Source of the DNA: Octopus bimaculoides
Taxonomy: Eukaryota
Assembly: GCF_001194135.2 (NCBI RefSeq)
Contig: NC_068992.1
Coordinates: forward strand, 28,395,915-28,445,159
Length of the DNA stretch: 49,245 bases
Direction: 5' to 3'
A program made the translations under genes and the position numbers. How positions within the stretch are numbered: position 1 is the stretch's first letter; each line of letters starts with the position of its first letter. The notes below the pieces were generated by a model. It saw nothing but the letters and a program-made list of their open reading frames with translations. It did not search any database and was not told where the DNA came from. Positions 1-13,077 of this stretch are shown here, piece by piece.

Positions 1-56
1 ATGGAAGAAAATTTGAAGAAAGAAGAAAAAAAAACAACATAATAATAATAATAATA

Positions 57-540
57 AAATGCTCTGATGGCTTTTGATCTTAACTGATTGAAAGTATTAT
101 CATGTACATTGTTTTGTCTTGGTATAAAAGATGGGCTACAGCAAATATTCTGCTCAATACCACAGATTTGCTTGTCAGTTGTTTGACGATAACCAGTTGA
201 GCATGTCCTTTAGTGGCTGACGATATGTGCATCTCTGATCTCGAGCAGAAGTAGTGGGGGAGCATTATAGCCATGTGTTGAAAGGAATTGTTTGGGGTTT
301 GCATAATTCACCTCTGGAAACATGAGTGTTTCGTTCAACATCCTTAAACAACCCTTATTCAGGTACCTTTTGAGCAGGATGGGCTACTCAACTTGAAGAA
401 AATTCTAACTTCCCCCCTACCTGCTGTTTATCTTGATATGAGATCACTATGACATGCACTTATGGTTGTGATGGATGTGCCTGGGCTTCGTATATTTTAC
501 ACCAATGTCACTGTGATGGCATCCACTGCTCTCTCACTCA
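57..540 (+). mobile_element. Non-coding interspersed repeat embedded in TAA microsatellite (copy 1); putative non-autonomous retroposon
   Basis: Co-linear with the reverse complement of 25281-25793 (e.g. ATCTTAACTGATTG, TGTACATTGTTTTGTCTTGGTATAAAAGATGGGCTACA, CACTGCTCTCTCACTCA). Flanked by (TAA)n at 38-56 and (CAA/TAA)n at 541-589. Strand inferred from neighbouring TAA-flanked LINEs. Confidence 0.75.
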
Positions 541-558
541 ACAACAACAATAATAATG

Positions 559-589
<31 letters not shown>

Positions 590-1499
590 GTAGGTAGGAT
601 GGAATATTGCAAAGATAAAGCACTGTACAATCAACTGAGAATGAATGAAACTGAAAATTTCCTAGGGATGTTGAATGAATGAAACTGGACAATTTTATAG
701 GGATGTTGAAGATAAGACAGACGGAGAATAAAGATGGCTATGGATGACTAAAAGGTATTTAAAACCAGAAACGAGGCTGTAATCTGTGCTGCCCAAGAGC
801 AAGCATTAAGAACCAATTACATCAAATACAGAATATACAACACATCAGAAAGTTATAAGTGCAGAATTTGTGGACAACCGTATGACATATTACCAGTCAA
901 TGTACGCCACTAGCCCAGAAGGAATATGAGACGTCATGACAAAATAGCAAGGATTGTTCATTGGACACTTTGCAACAAGTATGGGCTTGACAGAGCAAAA
1001 GAGTAGTACGAACATAAACCCGAAGGTATCCTCGGAAATAATAATGCAAAGATCCTATGGGATTTTATGACTCAGTGTGACCATGAGATAGAGAATAAGA
1101 AACCAGACATAGTGTTAATTGAGAAAGAAAGCAAACGATGCTGGATCATTGATATAACATGCCCAGCTGACAACAAGGTATGCGATAAGGAAGAAAGAAA
1201 AGTTGATAGATATGACAGGTTAGCGTGGGAGGTTAAGCAGTTGTGGTCGAGGAAAAAGATGGTAATAGTACCAATAATTGTCAGGGCCCTGGGAACAATG
1301 AGTAAAAATCTTGAGAAGTACATGGAACAAATAGGGGCTGCAATAAGGGTGGAGCACTTGCAGAAAACAGCACTGCTTAGAACCGCTCGAATACTCCGGA
1401 AAATGCTCGAAAAATAAGGGGTGTTACCTTAGTTCAATGGTAGTCAACAGCAAGCACCGTAGTACATCTCCAGCGTTAGAAGCTGTGCAAGGACAATAA
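590..1499 (+). mobile_element. 5'-truncated, frameshifted R4/Dong-like non-LTR retrotransposon (C-terminal CCHC knuckle and restriction-like endonuclease), family A
   Basis: Pieced translation: WLWMTK..LKPET.AVICAAQEQALRTNYIKYRI..CRICG..QCTPLAQKE..RHDKIAR..KILWDFMTQCDHEIENKKPDIVLIEK..IIDITCP..VPIIVRALG..LQKTALLRTARILRKMLEK* (stop 1417). PD..D RLE motif, short 3' UTR, then (TAA)n. Confidence 0.9.
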
Positions 1500-1500
1500 A

Positions 1501-1555
<55 letters not shown>

Positions 1556-1602
1556 GAAGAAGAAGAAGAAGAAGAAGAAGAATAATAAGAAGAAGAAAAA
1601 TA

Positions 1603-2858
1603 ATGACAGGATATAGGATGCACCACCCAAAATCTGACATAGAAAGGCTATATATATACAACGCACAGAAGGTGGCAGGGGTCTTATACAGCTAGAAAAC
1701 TATTATAAAATAACCCCCATAGGACTGCAAAAATACCTACTCCAGAAGCAAGGGAAACTAATACAAATAGCCACAAAACACGAGCNNNNNNNNNNNNNNN
1801 NNNNNNNNNNNNNNNNNNNNNNNNNNNNNNNNNNNNNNNNNNNNNNNNNNNNNNNNNNNNNNNNNNNNNNNNNNNNNNNNNNNNNNNNNNNNNNNNNNNN
1901 NNNNNNNNNNNNNNNNNNNNNNNNNNNNNNNNNNNNNNNNNNNNNNNNNNNNNNNNNNNNNNNNNNNNNNNNNNNNNNNNNNNNNNNNNNNNNNNNNNNN
2001 NNNNNNNNNNNNNNNNNNNNNNNNNNNNNNNNNNNNNNNNNNNNNNNNNNNNNNNNNNNNNNNNNNNNNNNNNNNNNNNNNNNNNNNNNNNNNNNNNNNN
2101 NNNNNNNNNNNNNNNNNNNNNNNNNNNNNNNNNNNNNNNNNNNNNNNNNNNNNNNNNNNNNNNNNNNNNNNNNNNNNNNNNNNNNNNNNNNNNNNNNNNN
2201 NNNNNNNNNNNNNNNNNNNNNNNNNNNNNNNNNNNNNNNNNNNNNNNNNNNNNNNNNNNNNNNNNNNNNNNNNNNNNNNNNNNNNNNNNNNNNNNNNNNN
2301 NNNNNNNNNNNNNNNNNNNNNNNNNNNNNNNNNNNNNNNNNNNNNNNNNNNNNNNNNNNNNNNNNNNNNNNNNNNNNNNNNNNNNNNNNNNNNNNNNNNN
2401 NNNNNNNNNNNNNNNNNNNNNNNNNNNNNNNNNNNNNNNNNNNNNNNNNNNNNNNNNNNNNNNNNNNNNNNNNNNNNNNNNNNNNNNNNNNNNNNNNNNN
2501 NNNNNNNNNNNNNNNNNAACGTTTCTCTAAAAGAAATGGAAAAACTTTCAAAATACAAAGACCTGGAAATAGAGATAACTCGAATGTGGAATCTAAAAAC
2601 AGAAACAATTCCTATCATAGTAGGTGCCTTAGGTATAATAAAAAAATATTCAGACAAATACATAACAAAAACACCAGGACTTACAAATATATATAACATA
2701 CAGAAAATTGCACTACTGGGTACTGCACACATTCTACGCAAAACACTTTCAATACAGTAAACATAAGAGCACCACAGCAAACCACAGCACATACCCAAGG
2801 CGCACAGAGCTGCGCTCGGTAGTGAAGTGAAAGCACGTTATAAAAATAAAACTACTGA
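1603..2858 (+). mobile_element. Second 5'-truncated R4/Dong-like RLE retrotransposon, family B, spanning gap 1786-2517
   Basis: Left of gap MTGYRMHHPKSDIERLYIQRTEGGRGLIQLE (post-RT motif); right of gap EKLSKYKDLEIEITRMW..IPIIVGALG..IQKIALLGTAHILRKTLSIQ* (stop 2760). The 3' UTR differs from family A; (AAT)n tail from 2859. Confidence 0.85.
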
Positions 2859-3876
2859 ATAATAATAATAATAATAATAATAAAATAATAATAATAACAA
2901 CAACAAGAGTACTCAGAGAGGGAAAACCTCTGCCAAGGCAACACCAACGTCCTCTGAATGATTAGCCAGAGATGATTTTTAAAATGTGAATATCTGAAAT
3001 AAACTCGACTGCTCTCATAAACGAGAATACTAAAAATTAACCAGACCGCTCCCAAAGATTAAGTAAAAACACAAGAAAAATCATCCAGAATCCTTGTACC
3101 TACCGGATCAATCTCAAAATCTAATCAGTTCATGCCCGTAACGAGGCCAGATATCCCTGAATGTTTCATCCGAATCCGAATAGTTGTTACGTAGTAGCAG
3201 GGCTAAAAATAGCAGCCAAATCTTTGGCGGTGAGATATGTTGAAGGCACTCGAAACAAAATAAAAACCCAATGGAAAAAACTATTTCACACCGGGGTTAC
3301 GAACGGGTCTTATACAAAATATTTACCGTATTTTTAAAGTCATTTTCACTTTAAAATACTTTTAAAATATGCAAAAGGAAATTTTGTAATGGTATTCACT
3401 TGAAAATGATTTTAAAAAAACAACAATATTGTCTACTTAAAGAAAGCTAAAATATAAATACCTACTGTACAAACAACTCACATTTTTGAAATCACATTCA
3501 CTTAAAAATATTTCTAAGTGATTAAAATATTGTGTTTAACAAAAGCGAAAATGGAAACATTTCGTTGTCAAGTCACTGTGTTTAATTGAAAGGTAAGAGT
3601 TTCTTCCCTTCCATGATCAAGTTGTTTTTGGAATATTTTCCCATTATGCACCGTTTTGGGTATTTATACCCCGAAAACCCTTAATATCTCAAAAGCCATT
3701 TGTCCGATTTACGCGAATCTTGTTTCATTCCGTTCGTATTAACATTTCAGAGGAGACGTAATTCATAGTATTTTCCCATTATGCGCCAGTTTCGCTGGGT
3801 AACAAGGCAAGCAAGCAAACAAAATTCAAAATTGAAGCTGACTTTTAATGTATTATAGATATTAGGGGTAGATAGA

Positions 3877-4308
3877 AGGTGGCGGGCTGGCGGAATTGTT
3901 TGCACGACGGGCAAAATTTTGTTTGTCGTTACGTTCTGAGTTCAAATGCCACCGAGGCCAACTTTACTTTTCATCCTTTCCAGGTTGATAAAATAATTCC
4001 CAGTTGAGCAATGGGATCGATGTAATCGACTTGCACTCTCTCTCACAATTGCTGGCCTTGTGTCAAAATTTGAAATCAATATTAGGAGTTCATAAAGGCG
4101 GCGAGCTGGAAGAATCGTAGGCATGTTGGGCGAAATAACTAGCAGCATTTCGTCCAGCTTCACGTTCTGAATTCCAATTCAGGCTGACTTTCTTTTCATC
4201 CTTTCGGAGGCGATAAAATAAGAACTAGTTGAGCATTGGGGTTGGTGTAATCGACTAGCCCCGTTTCTCGAAATTGCTGGTCTTGTGATACAATTTGAAA
4301 CAAATATT
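3877..4308 (+). mobile_element. Two tandem tRNA-derived SINE-A copies (3877-4083, 4095-4308), tail type A3
   Basis: Head AAGGCGGCGAGCTGG.AGAATCG, B-box-like GAGTTCAAAT in the first copy, core CTTTCATCCTTTC..G.CGATAAA..GATGTAATCGAC, tail GCTGG(C/T)CTTGTG..AATTTGAAA. Confidence 0.8.
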
Positions 4309-4904
4309 AGGCGGTGACATGCTTTCTTACTTGTAGTGACAGGGGCTTGTTTAGGGAATAAAAACATAATAAAGAAAGAGAAGTTTATAATTTGGGGAGA
4401 GTATGTTTCTCTCGTCACCGCAGGATGTACTAACGTGTAGTATTGAGATCAACTTAATCATTTCTACCAATCGCCTAAGGTGATTCGTCTTTGTTAAAAA
4501 GCAATAATTATTTGATCGCCAAGTCACTACCATAGCTGCAACACTCTCCCCCGTTCCTCAGCGAACACCTTTTGTCCAATCTGTGAAAGTCAGTGCAACA
4601 AAAATGCAATTGTAACATTTATCATGAATCCAAATCAAGAACAATTTCTAGTCTCTCGCTCTCTCTTCTCTCCTCTTTCTCTCTCTTTCGTTATCCCTTC
4701 TTTCTTTTTTCCGTCTCTTTCCGTCTCTACTCTCTTTCTTTTTCCTTCTCTTTCCGTCTCTACCCTCTCCTCCTCCTCCATTACTTCCTTCATATTGCCA
4801 CTGTTCTATTAGTCTCTTATTCTATATTTCATATTTCCTGGGTTTATTCTGTCTTCGGCGTATTAGTGTATGTGGTATCTAGTCGTTAACGTATGTGCAT
4901 GTGA

Positions 4905-4940
<36 letters not shown>

Positions 4941-5204
4941 ATGCGTGTATGTGTGTATGTGTGTGCAAGTGTGTGTGGCTGAATGGCTAAAAGGATTTCT
5001 TTCGTAATCGTGCGATTGTAGATTCGATCCCCAGTACTCTTGTTGTGTGGATTACATTTGTAATTTAAGGAGAGTCTGTCTGAAGGGGTCACACTGATTC
5101 TGTTTAAGATAATGTTAAATGTGCAAGCGACAGTGAAGTACTCAACTACTTACCCTATCGCACATTGTGCACGCAGTTCCATTCATTGATCGAACAACTA
5201 GAAA

Positions 5205-5460
5205 ATTCCTCACATGTCCTCCGAAAGACCTCCGAAATAGACCAGCTAGTTCATCCTCATCGATGCCTAGAGTTTCTCCAAGAATGTTATCGCTTTCATC
5301 CACCACTAGATTTCTATATATTACTGCTGTAGAACTTCCACTGACCGTATTGCCCGATCAGCAGAGAACAATAAGCACCTGGCGACATTCTGGATACCAG
5401 GTGCCTAATTTTGGTCTTTGCTCGACCCAGGATTACAGCTCTACCGTCAAGGTTGTTTGA
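5205..5460 (-). mobile_element. L1-Tx1 ORF2 internal fragment (post-RT region), degraded
   Basis: Minus strand reads SWVEQRPKLGTWYPECRQVLIVLC*SGNTVSGSSTAVIYRNLVVDESDNILGETLGIDEDELAGLFRRSFG, homologous to the same region of the copy at 7379-8598. Confidence 0.75.
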
Positions 5461-5950
5461 ACTGCATTTCTAATTTGAGTCAATTCTATTTGATAACACC
5501 ACAATGATTCTGCTTGAGATAGCGCTAAATGTACAAGTGACCGTACACAATATTTACACAGTTCCATTGATCAAACAACTGGAACATTCCTCACAAAAAA
5601 CCAAAGGAGGGTCCATTTTCTGTTGACCAAATTCCATTCACAATATTATGTTCAACTCAGAGAAAAACCCCACTTTCTAAGAGTGCTGCAAAATAATATC
5701 TGTAATTATCTTTACGGTGAAAATTTTAATTACACGTATTTTTCATACATCCATACGAAGCTGGCAGTTTGTATTTCGTCTGTTTTTCTTGAGATATAGA
5801 CCAATGCTTAGTGATGCCTTTGGCACATAGAACACTTTAAAAATAACATTCTATGGTGAATATAAAAAATATTGTTTGTGCAGGAAAAAAAGAAATTGGC
5901 ATTCGCAAATTAATGGCGATGTTCTCTCAGATTTGATTAAATTTGAAGTG

Positions 5951-6900
<950 letters not shown>

Positions 6901-7182
6901 ATCCGTGCATCTGAGTTTAGGAAATACATTAATACAAAATATTGTTGTTTCTCGAGAGGATGATTACGCTAATAATGTTAAAATGGTAATAACCTGTTTT
7001 AAATAGTCTTTTAGTGATAAAATTAGTGTTTGTCACAACAATTCCGATTTATAGGCGTTGGTTACTAAAGCCTTGTAATTTCTGAAAAATCTTGAATTAG
7101 TATCTGAATATTATATATTACAATAAATCATGAAATTTCATTGGAGGTTATTACTATAATAATAATAATAATAATAATAATG

Positions 7183-7228
<46 letters not shown>

Positions 7229-7324
7229 TAATAATAATAATGATAATAATAATAATAAGAAGAAGAATAATCTTTATGCTTGCGACAAGTGTGTTACCAT
7301 TACACCAACGTAACTGCGGCAATG

Positions 7325-7370
<46 letters not shown>

Positions 7371-7378
7371 TAATAATA

Positions 7379-8598
7379 TTTTCTTTATTGGCCACAAAGG
7401 TCGCATTCGGAGAAAAATGGGACAATATAAAACAAGGGACGGCCGGGGCTTAACACAAAATTACGTTTATACACCAAAAACAATAATTAACAAGAATAAG
7501 TAAACATTAAAATTCCCCAAAAGTATCTTCTGTACATTCAGCCTCGTTCACCACACAACCTCTTTCGCCATAGCCACCAGACAGAAGAAAACTGCCTTCA
7601 TTTCCCGGTCAAAACAAGGCAACGAGGCGATTGTCACGATGGACTTGTTTGATAACTCGGCGTCAACAGCTGTTCGAGAAAGCTCTACAAGTCTGCAATA
7701 TCCGGATACTGGATGAGTGTATGTAGAACGGTTTCATCGCCCTGCGCACATCTCGGATATGTCCGTCTGACAGCGCTTCTGTGGCTGTGGAGGTTGTCCC
7801 GAACCGGCAGAGCTACCCCCGACAATACTGTCAGGCAAAGGATTTCTAGAAATTATCCATTTGCCCCGTCCAAAAGTCCTCAGGAAAAGACCAACTGGTT
7901 GATCCCTTCCGAAGCACAGAGTTTTCCCCGGGCACGTTGTCGCTCTTGCCCGCCATTACTTCCCCATAAGACTCCTATGTGGGACTTCCATTGACCGCAT
8001 TGCCCGACGGGCTTTGATCACTTACCGACACTCCAAGTGTCAAACACCCTTTCACGGTCTACGCTAAATCCAGGTCTGTAGCTCTGTCGATGAGATGAGC
8101 TGTGGAAAATCCTGTCTGATAAACGCCTACTGCATCTGCTCAACGTCAAAGAAAATTTGGAGATGGCGCAGTCTCGACGCGTGCCTGCGCATCATTAGCC
8201 ATGGCATGCCCAGTTCTCCTCTCAGTGGTTGCTGACAGCAGATGGATCGTCTGACGTGTAGAACATGTCTCTTCCACTGAAATCGGAAGAGCAAGGGCTC
8301 TAGTTTGGTCAGCCACGAAGCAGGGCTAGGACGACGGTCAGGCGGTAGCAGACGATGAAAGAGATATACGTATTCACCACTTCCGTCCACCCTCCAAGGA
8401 CAGCTTCTTCTCTGTCCATTTCTGGGCGAGACTGGCTGCTCTGCTCATGACCCCACTTAGTTCTTGTCCATCTGGTGGGTCTGGGCCAAACAGTATCTCA
8501 AGCAATTTAACAGGTCCTTCCGTCCAGTACCCTACAACTCCGTCGGTCGGCATTGAATTTCCTCTCCTGGTGCTGAGCTACAGGCCCGCCACCTTAGC
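7379..8598 (-). mobile_element. 5'-truncated L1-Tx1 clade LINE (end of RT, zf-RVT-like C-terminus, 3' UTR), frameshifted
   Basis: Minus strand: GYWTEGPVKLLEILFGP..KWTEKKLSLEG..WLTKLEPLLFRFQWK..RRSICCQQPLRGELGMPWLMMRRH; CPRCAQGDETVLH-type Zn motif near 7700-7760; AATAAA at 7385-7390; (AAT)n on both flanks. Confidence 0.88.
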
Positions 8599-9098
<500 letters not shown>

Positions 9099-9109
9099 CT
9101 TGTAGTAGT

Positions 9110-9280
9110 CAGTTGTCAACTGGCAGAATCGTTAGTACATCGGGCAAAACGCTTGGTGGCATTTCGTTCGTCTTTATGTCCGAGTTCAAATCCAGCCGAG
9201 GTCGACTTTGCCTTTCATATTTTTGGGGTCGATAAAATAAGTATCACTAGGGTCGATGTAATTGCCGGTTTTGTGCCAAA

Positions 9281-9326
<46 letters not shown>

Positions 9327-9530
9327 GTAGTAGTAGTAGTAGTTGTAGAATTACTAGTAGTCGGTGTTGAGCTAGCAGAATAGTTAGCATACCGGACAAA
9401 CTGCTTTACGGCATTTTTTCCGGCTTTATATTCCAGAGTTCAAGTTCCGCCGAGGTCGACTTTCGTGATCGATAAAGTAAGTACTGGGGTCGATATAATC
9501 AACTAGCCCCCTCCCCTTAAGGCCCTGTGC
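9110..9530 (+). mobile_element. Two tandem degraded SINE-A copies (9110-9281, 9361-9530) separated by (ATT)n/(GTA)n
   Basis: CTGGCAGAATCGTTAG head, GAGTTCAA, GCCGAGGTCGACTTT and GGGTCGAT motifs. Confidence 0.8.
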
Positions 9531-9779
9531 CTTCTTCTTCTTCTTAATTCAAGTTGGTACGATGTGATTGGAGAGTGATTTCATTGATATTTTTGACTGG
9601 CAGAGCGACTCTGTGATAACTCCCTCGTTGATTTGTGAATTTATATTAAATTAGTTGCAAGATTTCATTTTACAGGGCCGCCATTTTCCCTTCTCCTAAT
9701 CTTAAAACAATTGGTAATTAGGTTTATGATATCATTTAAAAATAAACGTGATCGCAAAGCCCTGCCTCTGCCAAGCTTA

Positions 9780-10110
9780 CATGCATACATCCATTCATAC
9801 ATACATACATACATACATACATACATACATGCAAACATACATACATACATACATACGTATATACATTCAAGCACATATACATACATACATACATACATAC
9901 ATACACATATACATACATACGTAAGTACATGCATACATATATGTCAAAAAAGCTCGGATATTTATACACTAAAATTCTAATACAAACACATAAATATATT
10001 CATACAAACACATTTACATACATACTTACGTAAGTACATACATACATACATACATACATACATACATACATACATACATACATACATGCAAGTACATACA
10101 TATATGTCAA
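9780..10110. repeat. (ATAC)n tetranucleotide microsatellite region
   Basis: Directly visible. Confidence 0.9.
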
Positions 10111-11320
10111 AAGAAGGACGGATATTCATACACTAAAATTCTAATGCAACAATATTAACTTCCTTGTATATTCAACACCATTCACACATTGTTAGAACTT
10201 GTTCGGTGTTTGATGCCATTAATGATCTTACATCGCAAATTGTTACTGCTTTGAGCAAAATATTTCTTCATTTCTGTTGTACAAGCTTTAGCTTGTTGAA
10301 CTTTATGAATATTGACCGGAACACTTCTGCGAACATGAGAGGAATTGAGTTTTGAGAGTGCGACGTTAGAGAGCATTAAACACATAAAAAAACTTCTGCT
10401 GTACAACTACGAATAACAAGACAACAAAAATCACGACATAATCCCAAATAATACCAACAAAATTGATCGAGTATAGTAACCTCTTGAGGTCAATTTGTTT
10501 GTTAAAAATGATAGCCAAATCTCTCTCAAATGATTATTTTTAAATTTCGGCACAATGCTAACAATTTTGAGTGGAAGTGGAGGTCGATTACATTGGCTCC
10601 CAACTGCTCATCTGGTACTTGTTTTATTGATCTTGAAAGGATGAAAGGTAATGTTAGCCTCGACCACATTTGAGCCGAGAATGTAAAACCGGAAGAAATC
10701 TCGCGAAACATTTGTCCGATATACTAACGATTCTGTCAGCTCACCGCCCTAAATCTATCTCAAAAAATACCCCGACATTTTAAAAGAGGGCAGAGTGCAT
10801 CGGATAATATAATTCTGTATACCTTATGTTTGAAAAAAAAGCAAAAAAAAAAAAAACAGCAACAACAAAAGATAAAAAAAAAAGACAGCACGAGCACGGC
10901 TGTTACGTCATTGATTATAAGTCTCCTTTATTAGGGTTGGTCCAAGACTAAACAACAACAAAAACAACAACAACCATAAAAACAAAAAAAGAAGCAGTAA
11001 CAATCACAGCAACAAAATGATGTGGTAGAAGCGATAACAAACAAGAGAAGAAAGACAAAGACAAACATACACATAAAAACTGACGTCATCAACAAAAGCA
11101 ATAACAATAACAATAATAATTAGAAAATCTGCAACAATGACAGCAACAGCTGCAAGAAGAAGAAGAAGAATATTAATAATTACAGCAAAAATAAGGGGGA
11201 AAAACCCACCAGAGAAAACATTAAAAATAATATCGATAGAAGAAACGTTTTTAGCATCCTTTCAGCCTTAACAGACTCATAATTCGACAGACGTTCAGGC
11301 CGTGACCATCCTGTCTTTTA

Positions 11321-11756
11321 AAACAAACTTTTAAATCAGTTCGGCATATTTGACCCGCAAAAAGACCGTTTAGGCCATTTTCATTGCTGTTTGCCATAAA
11401 GAAAATTATCACTTTAGGCAACAGGTGTAATTTTTGAACTGGTGTAAAAGTTTGTTTGATCCACAACACTGCTTCACGTGCCTACTACGAATTTTGTTCG
11501 AACCAGGCGGCATCACACGTAGGAGGCTATGACTTCCGAAGTCATTTCAGGGTTGTCTCTCTGGGTATCCGGTGCAGATGATAGTCTGAAATGATTTTTT
11601 TCATTCAACAGAAGGTACCCAGAGATAATCGATGGTGTTTTGATCTCTGTTGCCTAAAGCGTTTATTTTCTCTGCAGCAAAACCGTACAGAAAATGGACT
11701 TTTAACTGGTAAAATATGTCTGAAACATATTTAAACTGATCTAAAAGTTTGTGTTT
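11321..11756. repeat. Decayed inverted repeat / MITE-like foldback
   Basis: 11321-11424 is an imperfect reverse complement of 11647-11756 (CTTTAGGCAACAG / CTGTTGCCTAAAG; AAACTTTTAAATCAGTT / AACTGATCTAAAAGTTT). Confidence 0.6.
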
Positions 11757-12399
11757 AATTCACCACACTACTACATAACATGTTTTTTAGTGTTATATAA
11801 GAATATACTACCCATTGTTGTTTTTCATACTATAATATGGAAGGGTAATCAAAGGAAAATTTGTTTGCTATTTCTTGCAGAGCGAAAATAGCAACCGTAG
11901 TAAGAATAGTAGAAAGATTATCAACAACAAAACCAGCATCACTGGAATCTGCAACTGCAAAATGGTTGCAGACACAACAGATGCAGTATGACAACAGTGA
12001 ACCCCACCACCCCTCCAAAAAGCAGCGGAAAGATGTGATCGCTTAATCTCCTTGAAATAATACACCTAAATCTTCATCGACTCTCACCGTCATAAAGTTG
12101 AAGGCTGGATAATGTAGTCACTGACACACTATGTCTCAGACAGTTTGGTAATTAGTAGGGCCTTTTGATTATTAGTAGAACACATTTGAGCATTAGTCCA
12201 AAATGTCTGCGCTGTGTGAGCATTAGTGTTCCAGGAAGTCTTACGTGAATGTATGTATGTGTGTGTGTGTGTGTGTATGTGTTTTTAATAAGAGTTAATC
12301 AATAATTGCTCTTTCTCCTATAAGTTATTAAAAAATTTTGCAAAATTGAAAAATATCACAAAATCTAGCGGTATTCGAGAGAGAAGTGACCGGCAATTT

Positions 12400-12900
12400 T
12401 TTTAAAAATACTTGAAATTATCAGAAGAAAAGCAAAGAGGAAATTCGTGAACTTTGTTCGAAGAATAAATCTAAATTGTTTCATAAATTCAAATTATTCG
12501 TATTTTCCACTTTGAGATGCCTGAAAGTCATAGATGAGAAGAAGGAAAAAAAGACCACAACATCCATAAATTTTGTCGGGAGGAATTATCCTATGTAGCT
12601 ACATCGTCTGAAACAGTATCTAATCTATAGATTAGTTTCCTAAATTAGATGTTCAGATCTTATCCTTAAGATGAAAAAGAACGTATTAAGATATCTAAAA
12701 AATAAAAAAAAGCGGTTCTTAATTAAATGCGATTAATGTTTATGACGACATTGCTTTGGAAATGCCAAAGAGACCATAGAAACTAGGATGGGGGCGAAAT
12801 GCTCAACGTTATTGACAAAAATCTGGTTTCTATAAAGAAACAATTTTAAAGAAAGGTAAATTTATGTGAAGTATATTGCAAGAACAGATCAGGCTGAGGT
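12400..12900 (+). pseudogene. Possible heavily degraded Penelope-like reverse transcriptase remnant
   Basis: TRMGAKCSTL at 12782-12811 resembles the PLE RT motif G-T-A-M-G-T-K-x-A-P-T-Y; flanks are broken by stops and frameshifts; boundaries approximate. Confidence 0.3.
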
Positions 12901-13077
12901 CTATAACACAGAAAAGAACCCCAACACATTCAACATATTTGTTTTTATTTTTGTATAGCGCAGTTGCATAGTCTCAGGCTACCCGTGATACCCGTATTGT
13001 TTTTCCTTTGTCATAATTTTTGTCGTTACAGTGGCGGTGGTGGCGGAGTAGGTAGTGGCCGTACTTGTAGTCTTAAT

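Noticed and set aside
1067-1417. 116-aa ORF as a stand-alone nuclease gene
   Set aside because: It is the tail of a frameshifted R4/Dong ORF; the Met is internal.
1786-2517. Gap length as evidence of a longer Dong family B copy
   Set aside because: N-run lengths are scaffold estimates; continuity across this and the other gaps cannot be verified.
5140-5160. Consensus splice donor G|GTAAGT on the minus strand
   Set aside because: The upstream sequence is a stop-containing Tx1 fragment; no credible exon.
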